DNA of 64,000 nt from Stegostoma tigrinum. Taxonomy: Eukaryota. The notes beneath the pieces are model-generated. The model did not search any database, was not told the origin of the DNA, and saw nothing but the letters and a program-made list of their open reading frames with translations. The position numbers were made by a program, and so were the translations under genes. Where the stretch lies: assembly GCF_030684315.1 (NCBI RefSeq), contig NC_081354.1, positions 128,999,314 to 129,063,313 on the forward strand, read 5' to 3'. Shown here piece after piece: positions 12,195 through 24,030 of this stretch; the first letter of the stretch is position 1; each line of letters starts with the position of its first letter.

Positions 12195-13777
12195 TGTGCT
12201 GGAAATCTTGGCAAACATTAAGATTGATAAGTCCCCAGGGCCAGACCAGATTTATCCTAGGTTGCTCCGGGAAGCGAGAAAGGAGGTTGCTAAGCTGCTG
12301 GAGAAGATCTTTGCTTCCTCACTCTCCACGGGAGTCGTACCGAAAGATTAGAGGGAGGCAAATGTTATTCCTCTTTTCAAGAAAGGGAATAGGGAAATCC
12401 CTGGAAATTACAGACCAGTCAGTCTTACGTCTGTGGTCAGCAAGGTTTTGGAAAGAATTGAGGGATAGGATTTATGACTATTTGGAAAAGCATAGTGTGA
12501 TTAAAGGGAGTCAGCATGGCTTTGTGAGGGGAAGGTCATGCCTTACAAATCTTATTGAGTTCTTTGAGGAAGTCACGAGATAGGGTCGAACAGTGGATGT
12601 GGTGTACATGGACTTCAGCAAGGCATTTGATAAGGTTCCCCATGGCAGGCTTATTCATAAAGTCAGGAGGTATGGGATACAGTGTGATTTGGCTGTCTGG
12701 ATTCAGAATTGGTTGGCTGACAGGAGGCAGAGAGAGGTTGTAGATGGTAAGTATTCTGCCTGGAGGTCAGTGCTGAGTGGTGTCCCACAGGGCTCTGTTC
12801 TTGGGCCTCTGCTCTTTGTAGTTTTTATAAATGACTTGGATGAGGAGGTTGAGGGGTGGGTTAGTATGTTTGCTGATGACACAAAGGTTGGAGGTGCCGT
12901 TGATAGTATCGAGGGCTATTGCAGGCTTCAGCGAGACATTGACAGAATGCAGAGCTGGGCTGAGAAATGGCAGATGGCGTTCAACCTGGATAAATGCGAA
13001 GTGATGCATTTTGGAAGGTCGAACTTAAATGCTGAATGTAGGATTAAAGGCAGGATTCTCGGCAGTGTGGAGGAACAGCGGGATCTTGGTGTTCAAGTGC
13101 ATAGCTCCCTCCAAGTTGCCACCCAGGTGGATAAGGTTGTTAAGAAAGCATATAGTGTTTTGGCTTTCATTAACAGGGGGATCAAGTTTAAGAGCCGCGA
13201 GGTTGTGTTGCAGCTCTACAAAACCCTGATGAGACCACACTTGGAATATTGTGTCCAGTTGTGGTCGCCCTATTATAGGAAAGATGTGGAGGCTTTGGAG
13301 AGGGTGCAAAGGAGGTTTACCAGGATGCTGCCTGGACTGGAGGGCTTGTCTTACGAGGAGAGGTTGACTGAGCTCAGACTTTTGTCCCTGGAGAGAAGGA
13401 GGAAGAGAGGTGACCTGATCGAGTTGTACAAGGTAATGAGAGGCATGGATAGAGTCGATAGCCAGAGACTTTTCCCCAGGGCAGGACTGACTGCCACGAG
13501 GGGTCATAGTTTTAAGGTGTTAGGAGGAAGGTATAGAGGAGACATCAGAGGGAGGTTCTTCACCCAGAGAGTTGTGAGCACATGGAATAGTTTGCCAGCG
13601 GTAGTTGTGGAAGCAGAGTCATTAGTGACATTTAAGTGACTGCTGGGCAGCAGTGAATTGAGGGGCATGTAGGTTAGGTTATTTTATTTTTGGATTAGGA
13701 TTAATCCATGGCACAACATCGTGGGCCGAAGGGCCTGTACTGTGCTGTACTTTTCTATGTTCTATGTTCTATGTTCT
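12195..13777 (+). mobile_element. Fairly young CR1/HER1 LINE (RT domain to 3' tail), with frameshifts
   Basis: YMDFSKAFDKVPH, SGVPQGSVLGP and MFADD in ORF 12593..13639; upstream RT split across frames; (TTCTATG)n tail. Confidence 0.96.
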
Positions 13778-14086
13778 AATCCCTACAGTGTGGAAACAGG
13801 CCCTTTGGCCCAACAAGTCCACACTGACCCTCAGAGCGTCCTGCCAGACCCATCCCCCTAAAACGCACCTCGTCTATTCATCCCTGAATATTACAGGCAA
13901 TTTAGCATGGCCAATCCACCTAGCCTGAACATCTTTGGATTGTGGAAGGAAACCGGAGCACCCGGAAGAAACCCACAAAGACACGGGGAGAATGTGCAAA
14001 CTCCACACAGACAGTCTCTTGAGGTTGGAATCAAATCCAGGTCCCTAGCACTGTGAGGCAGCAGTGCTATTCACTGAGCCACTGTG
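13778..14086 (-). mobile_element. HE1-type V-SINE
   Basis: Minus strand has a tRNA-like head (gtggctcagtgaatagcactgctgcctcacag...gatttgattcc), a V-domain-like core (caatccaaagatgttcaggctaggtggattggccatgctaaattg) and a CR1-like tail (ggccaaagggcctgtttccacactgtagggatt). Confidence 0.85.
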
Positions 14087-14449
14087 TTTTGTTGCTTCTT
14101 ATCTCAAATGTTGATCCATTATCCTATTTATAGGGCCTTAATCTGCTGAATTTCCTTCACAGGTGATTTTCTTCATATCAGCCCAGGTTGTTACCCTATA
14201 GCATCGTCTGTGGAACTTTTTATTTCATCTATTTCCACCATATGACACCTGTACTGTTAAAACAATGGTTTGCTTTTATTCCCTTGCAACATTCTGATTT
14301 ACTAGGCCAGGCACTTTCTTTCACATTTTACAGACATTATCTATTTTGCAGTATCCAAGATGCTCAAAACAAGTATGTCTTTTTTGACCACGATCTAAAT
14401 CCATAAGTTTTACTTAAGGCAAATTTGTATCATTATAGAAGTGATTAAG

Positions 14450-14875
14450 CTGTAGCGTGTAGACAGTGTTAAAGACAACATAAAATTAAAACAAGATATT
14501 GACAAAGTAGGTGAATGGGGAAGACTGGCAGATGGATTTTAATCGAAGCAAGCATGAGGCTATCCACTTCGGATGAAAAAGGATACATCAGGGTATTTTT
14601 TTAGAAGGCATAAAGTTGAATACAGTGGGTGTCTCACCAGATTTTGGAGTTCAGCTGTATAGCTCTTTAAAATGCCATGAACAGTTCTAGAAAATAATCA
14701 AGAAGGCTAGTGAAACACTGGTCTTATATTGAAAGAGTGCATGGGTGCAGACGATATGCTGCAGTTATACAAAACCCGATTTGGACCTTACTTAGAGTAC
14801 TGTGTGCAGATCCAGGAAGGACATCTCAGGAAGGATGTCTTGGCCCAAGAGGGAATTCAACATAGGTTTACAAGA
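14450..14875 (+). mobile_element. Old CR1 LINE fragment
   Basis: MLQLYKTRFGPYLEYCVQ...IQHRFTR in ORF 14729..14923. Confidence 0.75.
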
Positions 14876-14899
14876 AGAGCAGGAAAGGCTGTCAGAAAC

Positions 14900-15110
14900 C
14901 ATGTTTTCTCCATATCCATCTAGCCTCAAAGAAACCTCAGGAAGCAGTTCTGCTATTCTGCAAGCCCTGCCCAGTTCCATTGGCCTTAAGGGCAAAAGTA
15001 GAGGCAGAAATCAGGAGGCTGGAAAGAAAAGGAATCATCAAACCAGTTCAGTTTGCAGAATGGGCTGCACCAGTCCTATCGATCATGAAGCCCAATGGGT
15101 TGGTTTGCCC
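14900..15110 (+). mobile_element. Gypsy/Ty3 LTR-retrotransposon RT N-terminal fragment
   Basis: ALRAKVEAEIRRLERKGIIKPVQFAEWAAPVLSIMKPNG matches the Gypsy RT N-terminal motif (L.+.G+I.PV..S.WA.P+V.V.K.+G). Confidence 0.8.
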
Positions 15111-15826
15111 TTGCTTATTGGATCGCCCCTCATGCAACTGCAGAAATAGCTCTGACAGAGTTGCTAATGTGGAAAGATTCCATACCAGTTAAATTTGATC
15201 TTCCCAGGCCTGGGGAGGGGGAAGGATGAAACAGCATCTGGAACACCAATGCCAGACACAAGACTCCTCCAACAAGAGAGACAGTTTAATTGAGAGGACG
15301 ACTTTGGCACATAAACCTTGAAAATGATCCTGCCTGGGTAGGAGGCATAGACAACTCATCACGTACCATGATATTCAAAGTTTGGTAGAGAGGCAGACCT
15401 GAACAAGCACATGGGCATCAGGAAAACTTCGCAATTGTCAGCCTAAACCTGGATATTGTCCCGATCTTGTTGCATTTGAACATGGACTGCTTCAGTATCT
15501 GAGGAGTTGCAAATAGTGCTGAAACTTGTGCAATCATCAGCAAGCAACCCCACTTCTGACTTTATGTCATTGGGCTGCTCATTGATAAAGCAACTGAAGA
15601 TGGTTGGGCTGAACGCACTACCATGTGGAACTCCTGCAGAGATGTCCTGAAGCTGACATGATTGACCTCCCACAACCACAAGCATCTTCCTATGTGTCAG
15701 CTATGACTCCCACCATCAAAGCATTTGCCCCCAATATCCAGGTGATTCCAGTTTTGAGGACTCCTTGATGCAGTCGAATGCAGCCTTGATATCAAAGGGT
15801 GTCACTCTCACCTCACCTCTAGAATT

Positions 15827-15947
15827 TTATTCCAGTTCCCTCCCCCCATCCCCCTCTCTGATGAAGGGTCTAGGCCCGAAACGTCAGCTTTTGTGCTCCT
15901 GAGATGCTGCTTGGCCTGCTGTGTTCATCCAGCCTCACATTTTATTA
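15827..15947 (+). mobile_element. Solo Penelope pseudo-LTR fragment with 9-bp TSD
   Basis: TCTAGAATT at 15818-15826 and 15948-15956; interior matches the pLTR at 26165-26290. Confidence 0.88.
15858..15885 (+). ncRNA. Minimal hammerhead ribozyme motif (Penelope pLTR)
   Basis: CUGAUGA-A-GGGU(CUAG)GCCC-GAAA-CG-UC: conserved core, 4-bp stem II, palindromic ACGU in place of stem III, GUC cleavage triplet. Stem I is only about 2 bp. Confidence 0.7.
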
Positions 15948-16628
15948 TCTAGAATTCAGCTCTTTTGTCCATGTTTGATCCAAGACTATAATGAGGTCAG
16001 GAGATGAGTGGCCCTGGTGGAACCCAAACTGGGTGTCACTGCTTGACAGCACTGTTGATGACATCTTCCATCATGCTCCACTTGCTGCGTTTTCCAATGG
16101 TAAAGTCAGGTGTAATGCCTGTTTGGAGGCCAGTTAGGCTTCAGCTAGTGGGCACTTTTGCATAGTTACATTACCTCATATACCAATCAGTCTTTCAGCA
16201 ACTCATTAAGGGTTCCATAAAAGTCACATGCCTCGGCTGGTCTACTTGACCTCAGCAAAAATCCTGATTTAGATTAGCTTAGTTCTCAAATTGCTGAGGA
16301 AAACCGATAGCATCTCAGAATTAGAACTTGCTTGGGCTTGTAATCTTCCTTACTAAATCTGTGAACTTTTGAAAGGTTTCAGTATCTGGTGCCTCAGGGA
16401 AAGTTAGGCTTCTAATCACTGAAAAGGTTATGGGTCCACAAGCTGTCAGGGAATTACCCATTACTTTTCATCTGCCCTAATGTCATCTATCAGGAAAAAA
16501 ATAATGTGTTTTTTTTACGGGATCAAACAAGTCAAGCTTCCCAAATAATAGCATGATACCAGAAATGCTTACTCCAACTCAAAGACAACCTTTGTGAGTG
16601 AGTTTCCTCAGGGATGTGCTTTTCTTTT

Positions 16629-16850
16629 GTCACCACTGAAATAACTCCACAGAGACCAGTATCCTGTCACCAAGTCAGCCTTTATTTACACGTGAAAAGC
16701 CCTTGACGTTGATCCAGCTCCCTCAGAGCTATCTCTCAGAGTGAATAGGACCTCTGACACTCCCGGCTATATCTGTCTGCCAGGACTCCCCAGTTGAATA
16801 AGATTAACAGCCACAATCAGGGAGCTCATACACCTTGTTGCAATCACTGC
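16629..16850 (-). mobile_element. Probable LTR with PBS remnant (Gypsy-like)
   Basis: Minus strand shows TATA-like GATATAG, then AATAAA, an end at ...GAGTTATTTCA and an immediately following gTGGTGAC (PBS-like). Confidence 0.45.
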
Positions 16851-17904
16851 AGCAGGGATGTCACGGTGTGAACAGGGTTGTGCCTAGGAAGTTGGTTGTG
16901 GCTTCACATTTCAAGACCCCTGTTGCCTAAATGCCTCTTATTTTATTGGTTGTGGCTCAAAAAAGCTCACACACTGCAAAACCTCTTGCTGCTACATTCA
17001 GCCATAGCCCTGGTGAGGAACTTTTTCTTTTACCATGGCATCACCTCACCATAGGTACTATAAACCAATCCTAAACATTTTAATGGCTCTTGACCACAGC
17101 ATCCTAATATCAGGTGGGTTGCTGAGAAATTTCTGTGGTCTTTCGCAATCATATGTGCAATTTGATGTGCTCTGAGGTTTTCAACTGCATTTTTTGTCTA
17201 TTATTACTTATTTACTACACATTATTTACTTTTCTAACTTGTGTAGTGACATTTATTGTGGTTGTTCACAACTGGTGGCTTTATTCTCTTCATAAGCAGC
17301 TGGCATTTCAAACTTCGTCTACTTTAAGCAAAATCAAGCTTAATGGGCCTAACCAGATCAAAACATAAATTTGGTGCTCTTGTCAGGGATCATCACAGAC
17401 AATCTCTTTAGATCTATGAAGTAACAAACCAGTGAGATCTCTTCAGTTAATCACAGTTATGGAGTTGTTTACGGTATTCTCTAAAATGCAATATGCCAGT
17501 TATGCAGTGAAACAAATCGCATATGTTGCACATTTAGATACCAGTCTCCTACATGTGACTTAAACTTAACTGCAGGCTTTCAGGCAGGCTCCAAGCATTT
17601 CTCTGCATATCCACCATACATCTTCAGGAGGCAACCACATCCTTCCACTTGTCCGAGTTCCCAAGAGTAGAACTTATGAGTGAGCTCACCTGGTGAACTG
17701 GGATCTGTACTGCCCTTGCCTTGTTCTCCAATAGGAATCAGTCATGCTCCATGTGTTACAGTGTTCACATCCCATCATGAAGCCGTCCTGTAAGGTATAC
17801 ACAGAGTCATTTTCTGAGCTGATGCAGATGTTTTGTATTTTTCTATTCATTTGTGTATCCACTTTATTTGCTCTAATACTTTTAACTGAATAAAGATCTA
17901 ATTG

Positions 17905-19200
17905 AAACATAGAAATGAGGAGCACACTAGACCATTCAGTGCTGTGAGTCTGCTCCACCTTTCAATATGATCATTGCTGACCCTGTATCTCAATGTCATA
18001 TTCCTGCTTTTGCTCCATACCCCTTGAATCAATAATAAATATATCTAATAGGATTTCCCTTTCATAAAACCATGTTGGCTTGTTCTATTTATTAATAATT
18101 TTTGAAGTATTTTGTCCAGTCTTTGTTAAACATTACATGTTTTCTCTCTCCCTCCTTCCTTAGGAGCAATGTTACATTTATCAATTTCCAATCTGACGGG
18201 AGCATTCCCAACCCTAAGGAACTTTGGAAAAACATAGTCAGTGCATCTACTATGTTTATAATTATTTCTTTTAGAATTCTAGAGTATCATGCAACATGTC
18301 CTAGGGAATAATGGATTTTAGGCCCTTTTTTTTCATCCAGTGATAGTAATTACTTTAATTTCCTCACTCATTTTAGCTCTTGTCTTAGCTTACATTTCTG
18401 GCTTAATATTTGTATCTTCTATCATGAAGACGGGAACAAAATATTTGTTCAAGTCCTTTGGCCCCAACCCGAAATGCCAACTTTCCTGGTCCTCCGATGC
18501 TGCCTGGCCTGCTGTGTTCCTCCAGCTCGGCACTGTGTTATCTCAGACTCCAGCATCAGCAGTTCTCACCATCTCATTTATTCAAGTCTCACTCCATTTC
18601 CTCATTCCCCAAGAAAATTTCTCTGGTTTCTAATTATAAGAGACCACTATTTAATTTAGAGATTTTCTGCCTTTTTATTTGATCATAATAGCACCTGCAA
18701 TCTCTTTTTTTACAATTCTAGCCAGTTATTTCATATTCTATTTGTTCCCAATTTATCATCTTTTATTACTGATCGTTTGATTATTTCTAGCATATTCATA
18801 ATCCTCAGATTTGCTCATTTTTGTAATATTTTAAATCTTTTCTTTTACTGCAACAATATCCTTACCTTCCTGAGTCAGGTACGCTGGGAACTTTCTGAAT
18901 GAGATTTGCTTTCAATGGAATATATTTTTATCAGTTTCCCGTTCTTTTAATCTTTTGATATGATCAATCTTAGCCAGCTTTTTAAAATATCTCATACCTA
19001 TGTTATCAGTTTTCTTTAAGTTTACAATTCTTGTTTGTGAACAGATTATGTCACTTTCAAACTTAACCCAGAAATCAATGGTGTTATAATCACGATTCAA
19101 CAATAGATCTTTTGTTATGCAATTACTAATTAACTCAGCCTCATTATTCAATGCTAGATCTAAGATAGTTTCATTTTACTCAGTTCTGCAATGTATTGCT
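17905..19200 (-). mobile_element. Highly decayed CR1 LINE pieces
   Basis: CR1 3'-tail-like start (gaaacatagaaat..gaccattcag) and weak RT-like reverse matches (aaaaccatgttggct, tttccaatctgacgggagcattcc). Confidence 0.5.
18456..18575 (+). mobile_element. Penelope pLTR fragment with about 13-bp TSD
   Basis: ATTTGTTCAAGTC (18443-18455) versus ATTTATTCAAGTC (18576-18588); interior cccgaaatgcc...gatgctgcctggcctgctgtgttc...cagcagttctcaccatctc. Confidence 0.75.
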
Positions 19201-19290
19201 CCAAGAAAATGTTATGAAAACGTTTTACAAGATTATTCTCCAGACCATCCTTGTCATTTTGATTACCCAAATCTGAATGAAGGCTCAAAT

Positions 19291-20480
19291 GCAGACTAAG
19301 AGGGTGGCCATGGGAACCCACAGGGCCCCAATCTATGCCTGCCTCTTTGTAGGATACATGGAACAATCCCTCTTCCACTGTTACACTGGCACTCTACCCC
19401 ACCTCTACCTCCGCTGCAACGATGACTGTATTGGTACTGCCTCATGCTCCCACGAGGAGCTTGAACAGTTCATCAACTTTACTAACACCTTTCACCTCAA
19501 CCACAAATTCACTTGGACCATCTCTGATACTTCCCTCTTCTTCCTGGACCTCTCTGTCTCCATCTCTGGTGGCCGCCTCAATTTGACGTCTCAAGCCCAC
19601 TGACTCCAGCAGCTATCTCGACTACAACTCCTCTCACCAGCTTCCTGCAAGAATGTGATCCCATACTCACAATTCCTCTGCCGTGACTGCTCCCAAAATG
19701 AAGCGTTCCACTCCTGCACATCTCAGAAGCCCTCCTATTTCAAGGACCGCAACATACCCCCTTCAGCAGATGAAAATGCTCTCAAATACATCTCTTGCAT
19801 TTCCCACAGCTCTGCCCTCACATCCCCTCCTGCCAAGAAAAATAAAGATTGAACCCCCCTTATCCTCACATATCACCCCACCAACCTTCATATTCAACGC
19901 AACATTCGCTGCCACTTCGCCACCTACAATCTCACCCCACAACCAAAAATACATTTCCCTCCCCACCCCTATCTACCTTTCATAGGGACCACTCTCTCCA
20001 CGACTCCCTCATCTGCGCCATACACCCTACTAGCCCCACCACCCCCAGCACCTTTCCTTGCAAGCACAGGAAGTACTACACCTGCCCTTGCACCTCTCCC
20101 CTCACCTCCATTCAAGGCACCAAACAAGCTTTCAACATTAAACAGTTCATCTGCACATTTGCTAATGTGGCACATTGTATCTGCTATTCCTGATGTGGCC
20201 TGCTCTACATCAGGGAAACCAAGCGGAGGCTCAGAGACCGCTTTGTACAGCAACTGCGCTTGGTTCACGACAGACAACTCCTTCCAGTTGCAAACTATTT
20301 CAACTCCCCCCCCCCAACTCTCTGGGTGACATGTCCATCCTGGGACTCTTCCAGTGTCACAATGACGCCACCCAAAAACTGGAGGAGCAGCATTTCAAAT
20401 TCCAACTTGGGAGCCTACAACCCAAGGGCCTAAATGTGGACTTTACAAGTTTCAAGTCTCCCCACCCCCAGCCTAATCCA
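19291..20480 (+). mobile_element. Penelope-like element: RT C-terminal half plus GIY-YIG endonuclease, degenerate
   Basis: QTKRVAMGTHRAPIYACLFVGYME...LRCNDDCIG (GxxMG and YxDD RT motifs), IPYSQFL thumb, PCKHRKYYTCP linker, LYI.ETKRRL GIY-YIG motif. Confidence 0.9.
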
Positions 20481-21197
20481 ATGATGTGGAGGAGGCCACA
20501 ACGGGTACAGCAGATGCAGTATACCACATTAGCAGATGTGCAAGCGAAAGGCCTCCTCTACATTGGGGAAACTAAGCAGAGGCTTGGGAACTGCTTTGCA
20601 GAACCCCTACGCTCTGTTCACAATAAAAAGCTGCACCTCCCAGTCGTGAACCATTTCAACTCCCCCTCCCATTCCTCAGACAACATGTCTATCCTGGGCG
20701 TCCTGCAATGCCACAATGATGCCACCTGAAGGTTGCAGGAACAGCAACTCATATTCTGCTTGGGAACCTTGCAGCCCAATGGTATCAATGTGGATTTCAC
20801 AAACTTCAAAATCTCCCCTCCCCGCACCACATCCCAAAACCAGCCCAGCTTGTCCCCACCTCCCTAACCTGTTCTTCCTCTCACCTATCCCCTCCTCCCA
20901 CCTCAAGCCCCACCCCATTTCCTCCCTACTAACCTCATCCTGCCCCCTTGACCTGTCCGTCCTCCCTGGACTGACCTATATCCTCCCTATCTCCCCACAT
21001 ACACTCACCTTTACTGGCTCCATCCCCACCTCTTTAACTTGTCTGTCTCCTTTCCACCTATCTTCTCCTCTATCCATCTTCAATCTACCTCCCCCTCCTT
21101 CCCTATTTATTTCAGAACCCTCTTCTCCTCCCCCATTTCCGATGAAGGGTCTAGGCCTGAAACGTCAGCTTTCCTGGTCCTAAGATGCTACTTGGCC
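20481..21197 (+). mobile_element. Second Penelope copy with 5' inversion (20481-20548 inverted)
   Basis: GLLYIGETKQRLGNCFAEPL...VVNHFN from ~20551, then a pLTR with hammerhead-like CCGATGAAGGGTCTAGGCCTGAAACGTC (21139-21166). Confidence 0.88.
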
Positions 21198-21886
21198 GAC
21201 ATAATTAAAGTGTTGTTTTTGTCACAAATCCAAGAATATCATGTTTCATGATATGTTCAATGGTAAAACTACTGTAAGAGGACATGGAAACTACACCCAC
21301 CAGCATTTTCTGTTTCTGACTACTCCTAATTTCCAGCCAAGTAACACTGCAAAATTCAGAAATAAACACTGGAAATGATGCAAACAGTAAAGTCAGGCAG
21401 CATCTGTGGAGGGAGTTAACATCTCAGGCTGTTGACTTGTCATCAGTTCAGATGGAAAAAAATCCAAGTAAGAATTCTGGAAAAACTTCTTTAACCAGAA
21501 TGTAATGAAAGAATGTTAAAATTGTTACCATGTGGGATGATTGAAGCAAATTGCAAGGAACAATTAAAGGAAAATTGTGAAGTACAGCACACAATGGAGA
21601 AAGAAATAGAAGATATGTTGACAGAGAGATGAAGGCCATATCAAGGCCATATCATGCTCATAGATATTGAGTCAAATGGCTTGGCTCTATCTTAAAATTT
21701 GATGTGGATTATTATATCCAGTGTGGCATTTGTCTTTTAAATGTTGTTAAGGATGTAGATAACATTAAACACTTTTAATGTGTCACTTTAGCAGTATTCT
21801 TCTTCTGGCAAGAAGGCAAAAATGATTATCAATTTTAACCTAGTTTAGAATGCTTGAGATTTCTAGGGAGCATCAATTCTAAGTTT

Positions 21887-24030
21887 GTGTCAGATCAAGG
21901 AGGCGAAGATGAGAGAGAAACTTGGTCATGGTATGAGGCCAGGAGTGGGGAGACTTTGAAACTGGTAAAGTCCACATTGAGACCATTGGATTGTATGCTC
22001 CCAAGGTGGAAGATGAGGTGCTGGTCCTCCAGTTTCCAGGTTGCATCATTGTGACACAGTCGGAGGCCCAGGATAGACATGTCGCCCAGAAAGTGGGAGG
22101 GAGAGCTCAAACGGCTCACGACTGGAAAGTGTTGTCGTTTGTCGCAAACAGAGCACAGGTGATCTATAAAGTGGTCTCTGAGTCTCAGCCTGGTCTCCCC
22201 GATGTAGAGGAAGCCACATTGGGAGCAGCAGATGCAGTGGACAACATTGACAGATGTGCAGGTGAACCTCTGTCTGATGTGAAAGGTTGTTTGGCGCTTT
22301 GGATGGAGGCAAGGGGTAAGGTGTAGGGGCAGGTGTAGCACTTCCTGCGGTTGCAGGGAAAGGTGTCAGAGGTGTTGTGTCTAGTGGGGAGTGTGGAGCT
22401 GTTGAGGGAGTCACAGAGAGAGCAATCCCAACAGACGACAGATAGGAGTGAGGAATGAAATATATCTTTGGCTGTGGAGTCGGATTGTAGGTGGCAGAAG
22501 TGGCAGAGAATGACACAGTGAATCCAGAGGTTAATGGAGTGATATCTGAGGACAGGAGTGGTTCTGTCATTATTTCTGTTGCGGGGAGCGGCAGTGGGGG
22601 AAACACAAGCGATGCAGTCAAAAGTGTTTTTGATCACTGAAGGGGTGAAGTTGCAGTCCTCGAAATAAGAGGACATCTGGGATGTGCGGGAGTGGAACGC
22701 TCCTTCTCAGGAGCTGATGTGGCTGAGGTGGAGGATTTGGGATTATGGGATCACATTCTTGCAGAAAGGTGAGTGAGAGGATGTGTAGTCTAGGTTGCTG
22801 TGGGAGTTGGTGGGCTTGAAATAGATGTCAGTTTTGACGCGGTCATCAGAGATGGAAACAGAGAGGTCCAGGAAGGAGAGGGAGGTATCAAAGATGGTCC
22901 AAATGAACTTGAGGTTGGGGTGGAAGGTGTTAGTAAAGTTGATGAGCTATTCAAGCTCCTCATGGGAGCACGAGGCAGCACTGATACAGTCATCGATGTA
23001 GTGGGTGAAGAGATGGGAGTTGGGGCCAGTGTAGCTGCGGAATAGGGACTGTTCCAATGATCTAACACAGAGGCAGGCGTAGCTTGGGCCCACAAGGGTT
23101 CCCATGGCCATCCCATTAGTCTGTAGGAAGTGGGAGGAATTGAAGGAGAAGTTGTTACGGGTAACGACAAGTTCAGTTAAGCGGATGAGGATGTCCTTGG
23201 AGGGGGATGGTTTGAGCCTGCGGGAGAGGAAGAAGCAAAGGGCTTTTAGGCCATCGCCATGGGGAATGCAAGTGTACAGGGACTGTATGACCATAGTGAA
23301 GATGAGGTGTTGGGGACAAGGGAATTAGAAGTTTTGGAGGAGATGGAGGGTGTGGGTGGTGTCCTGGACATATGTGGGGAGTTCCTGGACCGGGGGGAGA
23401 AAACAGAATCAAGGTAAGTGGAGATAAGTTCAGTGGGGCAGGAGTGGACAGAGACAATGGGTCAGTCAGGACAGTGAGGTTTGTGGGTTTTGGGAAGGTG
23501 ACAGAAACACAGTGCAGGGTTGGGGAACAATGAGGTTGGAGGCTGTGGGCAAGAGGTCACTGAGGTGATAAGGTTATGTATGATCTGGGAGATGATGTTT
23601 TGGTGGTCAGGAGTGGGGGTCACGATCAAGGGAGCTGTAGGAGGAGGTGTTAGAGAGTTGGTGCCTGGCCTTGGTTTTTTCAAGGTCAGTGTGCAATACC
23701 ACTGCTGCATCCACTTTACCTGCAGGTTTGATAGTGAGGTTAGGGTTGGAGCAGAGGGAGCAGAGGGCTGCACGTTCTGGTGGCAGAGGCTGAAGTGAGT
23801 GACAGCGGTGAAGAAGTGGAGGTCTTCAATATTATGTTGGCAATTGGAAATGACAGGTCGAGGGAGGGTAGGAGGACTTGAGTAGTGTCTAGAAGGATGG
23901 GATGCGTTGGAAAAAGGGTCCCGACCTGAAAGATCAACTTTCCTGCTCCTCTGATGCTGTTTGGCCTGCTGTGATCCTTCAGCTCCACATTGTGTTATCT
24001 CTGACTCCAGAATCAGCAGTTCTTACCATC
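21887..24030 (-). mobile_element. Penelope-like element (about 2 kb RT plus GIY-YIG) with oppositely oriented pLTR piece and 14-bp TSD
   Basis: SLYTCIPH, QTNGMAMGTLVGPSYACL, HYIDDCI and CGFLYIGETRLRL on the minus strand; plus-strand pLTR at ~23911-24030; TCAATTCTAAGTTT at 21873-21886 and 24031-24044. Confidence 0.92.

Larger units (their letters stand above)
15440..16075 (-). mobile_element. L2/CR1-clade LINE RT fragment interrupted by a Penelope pLTR
   Basis: ORF 15443..15685: ISAGVPHGSAFSPTIFSCFINE...VGLLADDCT. Confidence 0.8.
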
